This document shows positions 13,721 through 26,200 of a DNA stretch of 64,000 bases, piece by piece. The position numbers and the translations under genes were made by a program. The DNA lies in the NCBI GenBank assembly GCA_964016885.1, contig OZ024742.1, forward strand, positions 164,114,001 through 164,178,000, in the 5' to 3' direction. Under the pieces are notes generated by a model. That model was given only the letters and a program-made list of their open reading frames with translations. It was not told the origin of the DNA and searched no databases. This stretch comes from Eledone cirrhosa. Taxonomy: Eukaryota. Position 1 is the stretch's first letter, and each line of letters opens with the position of its first letter.

Positions 13721-16700
13721 TTGGACGGTTAGAAATTACCTCTCCTTGGACGGCTGGAAAATATGTCTCCTTGGACGGCTGGAAATTATCGCCCCTTGGA
13801 CGGCTGGAAATTATCTCCCCTTGGACGGCTGGAAATTATCTCTCCTCGGACGGCTAGAAATTACCTCTCCTTGGACAGCTGAAAATTATCTCCCCTTGGA
13901 CGGCTGGAAATTATCTCCCCTTGATTTTTTTTACAAATTATCTCCCCCTGATTTTTTTTTACAAATTATCTCCCCCTGATTTTTTTTTACAAATTATCTC
14001 CCCCTGATTTTTTTTTACAAATTATCTCCCCCTGATATTTTTTACAAATTATCTCCCCCTGATTTTTTTACAAATTATCTCCCCTTGGCTGGCTGGAAAT
14101 TATCTCCCCTTGGAGGCTGGAATTTATCTCCCCTTAGACGGCTAGAAATTACCTCGCCTTGGACGGCTGGAAAATATGTCTCCTTGGACGGCTGGAAATT
14201 ATCTCCCCTTGGACGGCTGGAAATTATCTCCCCTTGGACGGCTGGAAATTATCTCCCCTTGGACGGCTAGATATTACCTCCCCTTGGACGGCTGGAAATT
14301 ATCTCCCCTTGATTTTTTTTACAAATTATCTCCCCCTGATTTTTTTTTACAAATTATCTCCCCCTGATTTTTTTTTACGAATTATCTCCCCCCGATTTTT
14401 TTTTACAAATTATCTCCGCCTGATTTTTTTAAAAAAATTATCTCCCCTTGAACGGCTGGAAATTATCTCCCCTTGGACGGCTGGAAATTATCTCCCCTTG
14501 GACGGCTAGAAATTACCTCTCCTTGGACGGCTGAAAATTATCTCCCCTTGGACGGCTGCAAATTATCTCCCCTTGATTTTTTAACAAATTATCTCCCCCT
14601 GATTTTTTTTTACAAATTATCTCCCCCTGATTTTTTTTTACAAATTATCTCCCCCTGATTTTTTTACAAATTATCTCCCCCTGATTTTTTTTACAATCTC
14701 CGCCTGATTTTTTTAAAAATTATCTTCCCTTGGCTGGCGGGAAATTATCTCCCCTTGGACGGCTGGAAATTATATCCCCTTGGAAGGATGGAAATTATCT
14801 CCCCTTGGACGGCTGGAAATTATCTCCCCTTGGACGGCTGGAAATTATCTCCCCTTGGACAGCTGGAAATTATCTGCCCTTGATTTTGTTTTTACAAATT
14901 ATCTCCCCCTGATTTTTTTTACAAATTATCTCCACCTGATTTTTTAAAAAATTATCTCCCCTTGGACGGCTGGAAATTATCTCCCCTTGATTTTTTTACA
15001 AATTATCTCCCCCTGATTTTTTTTACAAATTATCTCCCCCTGATTTTTTGTTACAAATTATCTCCCCCTGATTTTTTTAAAAATTATCTCCCCCTGATTT
15101 TTTTTACAAATTATCTCCGCCTGATTTTTTTAAATATTATCTTCCCTTGGCTGGCGGGAAATTATCTCCCCTTGGACGGCTGAAAATTATCTCCCCTTGG
15201 ACGGCTGGAAATTATCTCCCCTTGATTTTTTTACAAATTATCTCCCCCTGATTTTTTTTTACAAATTATCTCCCCCTGATTTTTTTTACAAATTATCTCC
15301 CCCTGATTTTTTTTTACAAATTATCTCCCCCTGATTTTTTTTTACAAATTATCTCCCCCTGATTTTTTTACAAATTATCTCCCCTTGGCTAGCTGGAAAT
15401 TATCTCCCCTTGGAGGCTGGAATTTATCTCCCCTTGGACGGCTAGAAATTACCTCTCCTTGGACGGCTGGAAAATATGTCTCCTTGGACGGCTGGATATT
15501 ATCTACCCTTGGACGGCTGGAAATTATCTCCCCTTGGACGGCTGGAAATTATCTCCCCTTGGACGGCTAGATATTACCTCCCCTTGGACGGCTGGAAATT
15601 ATCTCCCCTTGATTTTTTTTACAAATTATCTCCCCCTGATTTTTTTTTACGAATTATCTCCCCCTGATTTTTTTTTACAAATTATCTCCGCCTGATTTTT
15701 TTTTAAATTATCTCCCCTTGAACGGCTGGAAATTATCTCCCCTTGGACGGCTGGAAATTATCTCCCCTTGGACGGCTAGAAATTACCTCTCCTTGGACGG
15801 CTGAAAATTATCTCCCCTTGGACGGCTGCAAATTATCTCCCCTTGATTTTTTTAACAAATTATCTCCCCCTGATTTTTTTTTACAAATTATCTCCCCCTG
15901 ATTTTTTTTTACAAATTATCTACGCCTAATTTTTTTTACAAATTATCTCCCCCTGATTTTTTTTTACAAATTATCTCCCCCTGATTTTTTTTACAAATTA
16001 TCTCCCCCTGATTTTTTTACAAATTATCTCCCCCCTGAATTTTTTTACAATCTCCGCCTGATTTTTTTAAAAATTATCTTCCCTTGGCTGGCAGGAAATT
16101 ATCTCCCCTTGGTCGGCTGGAAATTATATCCCCTTGGAAGGATGGAAATTATCTCCCCTTGGACGGCTGGAAATTATCTCCCCTTGGACGGCTGGAAATT
16201 ACCTCCCCTTGGACAGCTGGAAATTATCTGCCCTTGATTTTGTTTTTACAAATTATCTCCCCCTGATTTTTTTTACAAATTATCTCCACCTGATTTTTTA
16301 AAAAATTATCTCCCCTTGATTTTTTTACAAATTATCTCCCCCTGATTTTTTTTACAAATTATCTCCCCCTGATTTTTTTTTTACAAATTATCTCCCCCTG
16401 ATTTTTTTACAAATTATCTCCCCCTGATTTTTTTTACAAATTATCTCCGCCTGATTTTTTTTACAAATTATCTCCCCTTGGCTGGCTGGAAATTATCTCC
16501 CCTTGGAGGCTGGAATTTATCTCCCCTTGGACGGCTAGAAATTACCTCTCCTTGGACGGCTGGAAAATATGTCCTTGGACGGCTGGATATTATCTACCCT
16601 TGGACGGCTGGAAATTATCTCCCCTTGGACGGCTGGAAATTATCTCCCCTTGGAGGCTGGAATTTATCTCCCCTTGGACGGCTAGAAATTACCTCTCCTT

Positions 16701-16810
16701 GGACGGCTGGAAAATATGTCCTTGGACGGCTGGATATTACCTCCCCTTGGACGGCTGGAAATTATCTCCCCTTGATTTTTTTTACAAATTATCTCCCCCT
16801 GATTTTTTTT

Positions 16811-17230
16811 ACAAATCTAATGATTTTAAAAAAAAAATTATCTCCCCTTCGCTGGCTGGAAATTATCTCCCCTTCGCTGGCTGGAAATTATCTCCCCTTG
16901 GACGCTGGAAATTATAGCCCCTTGGAGGGCTGGAAATTATCTTCCCTTGGACGGCTGGAAATTATCTCCCCTTGGCTCGAAATTATCTCCCCTTGGACGG
17001 CTAGAAATTATCTCTCTTTGGACGGCTGGAAATTATCTCCCTTTGATTTTTTTTACAAATTATCTCCCCCTGATTTTTTTTACAAATCTCCCCCTGATTT
17101 TTTAAAAAAAATTATCTCCCCTTCGCTGGCTGGAAATTATCTCCCCTTGGACACTGGAAATTATAGCCCCTTGGAGGGCTGGAAATTATCTTCCCTTGGA
17201 CGGCTGGAAATTATCTCTGCTTGATTTTTT
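16811..17230 (+). repeat. Most diverged monomer patch; once-per-HOR landmark (copy 1)
   Basis: ACAAATCTAATGATTTT(A)10TTATC, TTCGCTGGCTGG, GGACGCTGG, TTATAGCCCC, TTGGCTCGAAA. It recurs at 34600 and 52679. Confidence 0.88.
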
Positions 17231-20200
17231 TTACAAATTATCTCCCCCTGATTTTTTTTTACAAATTATCCCCCCCGATTTTTTTTACAAATTATCTCCC
17301 CCTGATTTTTTTTACAAATTATCTCCCCTTGGACGGCTGGAAATTATCTCCCCTTGGACGGCTGGAAATTATCTCCCCTTGGACGGCTAGAAATTACCTC
17401 TCCTTGGACGACTGAAAATTATCTCCCCTTGGACGGCTGCAAATTATCTCCCCTTGATTTTTTTTACAAATTATCTCCGCCTGATTTTTTTTTTAAAATT
17501 ATCTCCCCTTGGACGGCTGGAAATTACCTCCCCTTGGACGGCTGGAAATTATCTCCCCTTGGACGGCTAGAAATTACCTCTCATTGGACGGCTGAAAATT
17601 ATCTCCCCTTGGACGGCTGGAAATTATCTCCCCTTGATTTTTTTTACAAATTATCTCCCCCTGATTTTTTTTTACAAATTATCTCCCCCTGATTTTTTTT
17701 TTACAAATTATCTCCGCCTGATTTTTTTTTAAAATTATCTCTCCTTGGACGGCTGGATATTATCTCCCCTTTCATTTTTTTTACAAATTATCTCCCCCTG
17801 ATTTTTTTTTACAAATTATCTCCCCCTGATTTTTTTTTACAAATTATCTACCCCTAATTTTTTTTTACAAATTATCTCCCCCTGATTTTTTTTACAAATT
17901 ATCTCCCCCTGATTTTTTTTTTACAAATTATCTCCCCCTGATTTTTTTACAAATTATCTCCCCCTGATTTTTTTTACAAATTATCTCCGCCTGATTTTTT
18001 TAAATATTATCTTCTCTTGGCTGGCGGGAAATTATCTCCCCTTGGACGGCTGAAAATTATCTCCCCTTGGACGGCTGGAAATTATCTCCCCTTGATTTTT
18101 TTTACAAATTATCTCCCCCTGATTTTTTTTTACAAATTATCTCCCCCTGATTTTTTTTACAAATTATCTCCCCCTGATTTTTTTTTACAAATTATCTCCC
18201 CCTGATTTTTTTTACAAATTATCTCCCCCTGATTTTTTTACAAATTATCTCCCCTTGGCTGGCTGGAAATTATCTCCCCTTGGAGGCTGGAATTTATCTC
18301 CCCTTGGACGGCTAGAAATTACCTCTCCTTGGACGGCTGGAAAATATGTCCTTGGACGGCTGGATATTATCTACCCTTGGACGGCTGGAAATTATCTCCC
18401 CTTGGACGGCTGGAAATTATCTCCCCTTGGACGGCTAGATATTACCTCCCCTTGGATGGCTGGAAATTATCTCCCCTTGATTTTTTTTACAAATTATCCC
18501 CCCCTGATTTTTTTTTACAAATTATCTCCCCCTGATTTTTTTTTACAAATTATCTACCCCTGATTTTTTTTTACAAATTATCTCCCCCTAATTTTTTTTA
18601 CAAATTATCTCTCCCTGATTTTTTTTTACAAATTATCTCCCCCTGATTTTTTTTTACAAATTATCTACCCCTGATTTTTTTTTACAAATTATCTCCCCCT
18701 GATTTTTTTTACAAATTATCTCCCCCTGATTTTTTTTACAAATTATCTCCCCCTGATTTTTTTACAAATTATCTCCCCCCGATTTTTTTTACAAATTATC
18801 TCCGCCTAATTTTTTTAAATATTATCTTCCCTTGGCTGGCGGGAAATTATCTCCCCTTGGACGGCTGAAAATTATCTCCCCTTGGACGGCTGGAAATTAT
18901 CTCCCCTTGATTTTTTTACAAATTATCTCCCCCTGATTATTTTTTACAAATTATCTCCCCCTGATTTTTTTTTACAAATTATCTCCCTCTGATTTTTTTT
19001 ACAAATTATCTCCCCTTGGCTGGCTGGAAATTATCTCCCCTTGGAGGCTGGAATTTATCTCCACTTGGACGGTTAGAAATTACCTCTCCTTGGACTGCTG
19101 GAAAATATGTCTCCTTGGACGGCTGGAAATTATCTCCCCTTGGACGGCTGGAAATTATCTCCCCTTGGACGGCTGGAAATTATCTCTCCTCGGACGACTA
19201 GAAATTACCTCTCCTTGGACAGCTGAAAATTATCTCCCCTTGGACGGCTGGAAATTATCTCCCCTTGATTTTTTTTACAAATTATCTCCCCCCGATTTTT
19301 TTTTACAAATTATCTCCCCCTGATTTTTTTTTACAAATTATCTCCCCCTGATTTTTTTTACAAATTATCTCCCCCTGATATTTTTTACAAATTATCTCCC
19401 CCTGATTTTTTTACAAATTATCTCCCCTTGGCTGGCTGGAAATTATCTCCCCTTGGAGGCTGGAATTTATCTCCCCTTGGACGGCTAGAAATTACCTCGC
19501 CTTGGACGGCTGGAAAATATGTCTCCTTGGACGGCTGGAAATTATCTCCCCTTGGACGGCTGGAAATTATCTCCCCTTGGACGGCTGGAAATTATCTCCC
19601 CTTGGACGGCTAGATATTACCTCCCCTTGGACGGCTGGAAATTATCTCCCCTTGATTTTTTTTACAAATTATCTCCCCCTGATTATTTTTTAAAATTATC
19701 TCCCCTTGAACGGCTGGAAATTATCTCCCCTTGGACGGCTGGAAATTATCTCCCCTTGGACGGCTAGAAATTACCTCTCCTTGGACGGCTGAAAATTATC
19801 TCCCCTTGGACGGCTGCAAATTATCTCCCCTTGATTTTTTAACAAATTATCTCCCCCTGATTTTTTTTTACAAATTATCTCCCCCTGATTTTTTTTTACA
19901 AATTATCTACGCCTAATTTTTTTTACAAATTATCTCCCCCTGATTTTTTTTTACAAATTATCTCCCCCTGATTTTTTTTTACAAATTATTTCCCCCTGAT
20001 TTTTTTACAAATTATCTCCCCCCTGATTTTTTTACAATCTCCGCCTGATTTTTTTAAAAATTATCTTGCCTTGGCTGGCGGGAAATTATCTCCCCTTGGA
20101 CGGCTGGAAATTATATCCCCTTGGACGGCTGGAAATTACCTCCCCTTGGACAGCTGGAAATTATCTGCCCTTGATTTTGTTTTTACAAATTATCTCCCCC

Positions 20201-23200
20201 TGATTTTTTTTACAAATTATCTCCACCTGATTTTTTAAAAAATTATCTCCCCTTGGACGGCTGGAAATTATCTCCCCTTGGACGGCTGATAATTATCTCC
20301 CCTTGGACGGCTGGAAATTATCTCCCCTTGATTTTTTTTACAAATTATCTCCCCCTGATTTTTTTTTACAAATTATCTCCCCCTGATTTTTTTTACAAAT
20401 TATCTCCGCATGATTTTTTTAAATATTATCTTCCCTTGGCTGGCTGGAAATTATCTCCCCTTGGAGGCTGGAATTTATCTCCCCTTGGACGGCTAGAAAT
20501 TACCTCTCCTTGGACGGCTGGAAAATATTTCTCCTTGGACGGCTGGATATTATCTACCCTTGGACGGGTGGAAATTATCTCCCCTTGGACGGCTGGAAAT
20601 TATCTCCCCTTGGACGGCTAGATATTACCTCCCCTTGGACGACTGGAAATTATCTCCCCTTGATTTTTTTTACAAATTATCTCCCCCTGATTTTTTTTTT
20701 ACAAATTATCTCCCCCTGATTTTTTTACAAATTATCTCCCCCTGATTTTTTTTACAAATTATCTCCGCCTGATTTTTTTAAATATTATCTTCTCTTGGCT
20801 GGCGGGAAATTATCTCCCCTTGGACGGCTGAAAATTATCTCCCCTTGGACGGCTGGAAATTATCTCCCCTTGATTTTTTTTACAAATTATCTCCCCCTGA
20901 TTTTTTTTAAAAAATTATCTCCCCCTAATTTTTTTTTACAAATTATCTCCCCCTGATTTTTTTTTACAAATTATCTCCCCCTGATTTTTTTTACAAATTA
21001 TCTCCCCCTGATTTTTTTACAAATTATCTCCCCTTGGCTGGCTGGAAATTATCTCCCCTTGGACACTGTAAATTATAGCCCCTTGGAGGGCTGGAAATTA
21101 TCTTACCTTGGACGGCTGGAAATTATCTCTGCTTGATTTTTTTTACAAATTATCTCCCCCTGATTTTTTTTTACAAATTATCCCCCCCGATTTTTTTTAC
21201 AAATTATCTCCCCCTGATTTTTTTTACAAATTATCTCCCCTTGGACGGCTGGAAATTATCTCCCCTTGGACGGCTGGAAATTATCTCTCCTTGGACGGCT
21301 AGAAATTACCTCTCCTTGGACGACTGAAAATTATCTCCCCTTGGACGGCTGCAAATTATCTCCCCTTGATTTCTTTTACAAATTATCTCCGCCTGATTTT
21401 TTTTTTTAAATTATCTCCCCTTGGACGGCTGGAAATTACCTCCCCTTGGACGGCTGGAAATTATCTCCCCTTGGACGGCTAGAAATTACCTCTCATTGGA
21501 CGGCTGAAAATTATCTCCCCTTGGACGGCTGGAAATTATCTCCCCTTGATTTTTTTTACAAATTATCTCCCCCTGATTTTTTTTTTACAAATTATCTCCG
21601 CCTGATTTTTTTTTAAAATTATCTCTCCTTGGACGGCTGGATATTATCTCCCCTTTCATTTTTTTTACAAATTATCTCCCCCTGATTTTTTTTTACAAAT
21701 TATCTCCCCCTGATTTTTTTTTACAAATTATCTACCCCTAATTTTTTTTACAAATTATCTCCCCCTGATTTTTTTTACAAATTATCTCCGCCTGATTTTT
21801 TTAAATATTATCTTCCCTTGGCTGGCGGGAAATTATCTCCCCTTGGACGGCTGGAAATTATCTCCCCTTGATTTTTTTTACAAATTATCTCCCCCTGATT
21901 TTTTTTTACAAATTATCTCCCCCTGATTTTTTTTTACAAATTATCTCCCCCTGATTTTTTTTTACAAATTATCTCCCCCTGATTTTTTTTTACAAATCTC
22001 CCCCTGATTTTTTTATAAATTATCTCCCCTTGGCTGGCTGGAAATTATCTCCCCTTGGAGGCTGGAATTTATCTCCCCTTGGACGGCTAGAAATTACCTC
22101 TCCTTGGATGGCTGGAAAATATGTCTCCTTGGACGGCTGGATATTATCTACCCTTGGACGGCTGGAAATTATCTCCCCTTGGACGGCTGGAAATTATCTC
22201 CCCTTGGACGGCTAGATATTACCTCCCATTGGACGGCTGGAAATTATCTCCCCTTGATTTTTTTTACAAATTATCTCCCCCTGATTTTTTTTTACGAATT
22301 ATCTCCCCCTGATTTTTTTTTACAAATTATCTCCGCCTGATTTTTTTTTTAAAATTATCTCCCCTTGAACGGCTGGAAATTATCTCCCCTTGGACGGCTG
22401 GAAATTATCTCCCCTTGGACGGCTAGAAATTACCTCTCCTTGGACGGCTGAAAATTATCTCCCCTTGGACGGCTGCAAATTATCTCCCCTTGATTTTTTT
22501 AACAAATTATCTCCCCCTGATTTTTTTTTACAAATTATCTCCCCCTGATTTTTTTTTACAAATTATCTACGCCTAATTTTTTTTACAAATTATCTCCCCC
22601 TGATTTTTTTTTACAAATTATCTCCCCCTGATTTTTTTTACAAATTATCTCCCCCTGATTTTTTTTACAAATTATCTCCCCCTGATTTTTTTACAAATTA
22701 TCTCCCCCCTGATTTTTTTTACAATCTCCGCCTGATTTTTTTAAAAATTATCTTCCCTTGGCTGGCGGGAAATTATCTCCCCTTGGACGGCTGGAAATTA
22801 TATCCCCTTGGAAGGATGGAAATTATCTCCCCTTGGACGGCTGGAAATTATCTCCCCTTGGACGGCTGGAAATTACTTCCCCTTGGACAGCTGGAAATTA
22901 TCTGCCCTTGATTTTGTTTTTACAAATTATCTCCCCCTGATTTTTTTTACAAATTATCTCCACCTGATTTTTTAAAAAATTATCTCCCCTTGGACGGCTG
23001 GAAATTATCTCCCCTTGATTTTTTTACAAATTATCTCCCCCTGATTTTTTTTACAAATTATCTCCCCCTGATTTTTTTTTACAAATTATCTCCCCCTGAT
23101 TTTTTTTACAAATTATCTCCGCCTGATTTTTTTAAATATTATCTTCCCTTGGCTGGCGGGAAATTATCTCCCCTTGGACGGCTGAAAATTATCTCCCCTT

Positions 23201-26200
23201 GGACGGCTGGAAATTATCTCCCCTTGATTTTTTTTACAAATTATCTCCCCCTGATTTTTTTTTACAAATTATCTCCCCCTGATTTTTTTTTACAAATTAT
23301 CTTCCCCTGATTTTTTTTTACAAATTATCTGCCCCTGATTTTTTTTACAAATTATCTCCCCCTGATTTTTTTACAAATTATCTCCCCTTGGCTGGCTGGA
23401 AATTATCTCCCCTTGGAGGCTGGAATTTATCTCCCCTTGGACGGCTAGAAATTACCTCTCCTTGGACGGCTGGAAAATATTTCTCCTTGGACGGCTGGAT
23501 ATTATCTACCCTTGGACGGGTGGAAATTATCTCCCCTTGGACGGCTGGAAATTATCTCCCCTTGGACGGCTAGATATTACCTCCCCTTGGACGGCTGGAA
23601 ATTATCTCCCCTTGATTTTTTTTACAAATTATCTCCCCCTGATTTTTTTTACAAATTATCTCCACCTGATTTTTTTACAAATTATCTCCCCCTGATTTTT
23701 TTTACAAATTATCTCCCCCTGATTTTTTTTTTACAAATTATCTCCCCCTGATTTTTTTACAAATTATCTCCCCCTGATTTTTTTTACAAATTATCTCCGC
23801 CTGATTTTTTTAAATATTATCTTCCCTTGGCTGGCGGGAAATTATCTCCCCTTGGACGGCTGAAAATTATCTCCCCTTGGACGGCTGGAAATTATCTCCC
23901 CTTGATTTTTTTTACAAATTATCTCCCCCTGATTATTTTTTACAAATTATCTTTCCCTGATTTTTTTTACAAATTATCTCCCCCTGATTTTTTTTACAAA
24001 TTATCTCCCCCTGATTTTTTTACAAATTATCTCCCCTTGGCTGGCTGGAAATTATCTCCCCTTGGAGGCTGGAATTTATCTCCCCTTGGACGGCTGGAAA
24101 TTATCTCTCCTTGGACGGCTAGTAATTACCTCTCCTTGGACGGCTGGAAAATATCTCTTTGGAGGGCTGGAAATTATCTCCCCTTGGACGGCTGGAAATT
24201 ATCTCCCCTTGGACGGCTGGAAATTATCTCTCCTTGGACGGCTAGAAATTACCTCTCCTTGGACGGCTGAAAATTATCTCTCCTTGGACGGCTGGAAATT
24301 ATCTCCCCTTGGACGGCTAGATATTACCTCCCCTTGGACGGCTGGAAATTATCTCCCCTTGATTTTTTTTACAAATTATCTCCCCCTGATTTTTTTTACA
24401 AATTATCTCCACCTGATTTTTTTACAAATTATCTCCCCCTGATTTTTTTTACAAATTATCTCCGCCTAATTTTTTTAAATATTATCTTCCCTTGGCTGGC
24501 GGGAAATTATCTCCCCTTGGACGGCTGAAAATTATCTCCCCTTGGACGGCTGGAAATTATCTCCCCTTGATTTTTTTTACAAATTATCTCCCCCTGATTT
24601 TTTTTACAAATTATCTCCCCCTGATTTTTTTTTACAAATTATCTCCCCCTGATTTTTTTTTACAAATTATCTCCCCCTGATGTTTTTTACAAATTATCTC
24701 CCTTTGGCTGGCTGGAAATTATCTCCCCTTGGAGGCTGGAATTTATCTCCCCTTGGACGGCTAGAAATTACCTCGCCTTGGACGGCTGGAAAATATGTCT
24801 CCTTGGACGGCTGGAAATTATCTCCCCTTGGACGGCTGGAAATTATCTCCCCTTGGACGGCTGGAAATTATCTCCCATTGGACGGCTAGATATTACCTCC
24901 CCTTGGACGGCTGGAAATTATCTCCCCTTGATTTTTTTTACAAATTATCTCCCCCTGATTTTTTTTTACAAATTATCTCCCCCTGATTTTTTTTACAAAT
25001 TATCTCCCCCTGATTTTTTTACAAATTATCTCCCCCCGATTTTTTTTACAAATTATATCCGCCTAATTTTTTTAAATACTATCTTCCCTTGGCTGGCGGG
25101 AAATTATCTCCCCTTGGACGGCTGAAAATTATCTCCCCTTGGACGGCTGGAAATTATCTCCCCTTGATTTTTTTACAAATTATCTCCCCCTGATTATTTT
25201 TTACAAATTATCTCCCTCTGATTTTTTTTACAAATTATCTCCCCTTGGCTGGCTGGAAATTATCTCCCCTTGGAGGCTGGAATTTATCTCCCCTTGGACG
25301 GTTAGAAATTACCTCTCCTTGGACTGCTGGAAAATATGTCTCCTTGGACGGCTGGAAATTATCTCCCCTTGGACGGCTGGAAATTATCTCCCCTTGGACG
25401 GCTGGAAATTATCTCTCCTCGGACGACTAGAAATTACCTCTCCTTGGACAGCTGAAAATTATCTCCCCTTGGACGGCTGGAAATTATCTCCCCTTGATTT
25501 TTTTTACAAATTATCTCCCCCTGATTTTTTTTTACAAATTATCTCCCCCTGATTTTTTTTTACAAATTATCTCCCCATGATTTTTTTTACAAATTATCTC
25601 CCCCTGATATTTTTTACAAATTATCTCCCCCTGATTTTTTTACAAATTATCTCCCCTTGGCTGGCTGGAAATTATCTCCCCTTGGAGGCTGGAATTTATC
25701 TCCCCTTGGACGGCTAGAAATTACCTCGCCTTGGACGGCTGGAAAATATGTCTCCTTGGACGGCTGGAAATTATCTCCCCTTGGACGGCTGGAAATTATC
25801 TCCCCTTGGACGGCTGGAAATTATCTCCCCTTGGACGGCTAGATATTACCTCCCCTTGGACGGCTGGAAATTATCTCCCCTTGATTTTTTTTACAATTTA
25901 TCTCCGCCTGATTTTTTTTTACAAATTATCTCCCCCTGATTTTTTTTTACGAATTATCTCCCCCTGATTTTTTTTTACAAATTATCTCCGCCTGATTTTT
26001 TTTTTAAAATTATCTACCCTTGAACGGCTGGAAATTATCTCCCCTTGGACGGCTGGAAATTATCTCCCCTTGGACGGCTAGAAATTACCTCTCCTTGGAC
26101 GGCTGAAAATTATCTCCCCTTGGACGGCTGCAAATTATCTCCCCTTGATTTTTTAACAAATTATCTCCCCCTGATTTTTTTTTACAAATTATCTCCCCCT

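Larger units (their letters stand above)
1..20022. repeat. Higher-order repeat copy 1 (20,022 bp; phase set arbitrarily at window start)
   Basis: The start motif CTGA(T)nACAATCTCCGCCTGA...TTATCTTGCCTTGG recurs at 20023, 37812 and 55891. ORF landmarks 231 to 9338 recur at exactly +20,022 (20253 to 29360). Confidence 0.9.

Noticed and set aside
16478-17224. Longest ORF (248 aa), repeated at 34267 and 52346
   Set aside because: It is a chance open frame across repeat monomers, and its recurrence reflects the HOR rather than protein conservation.
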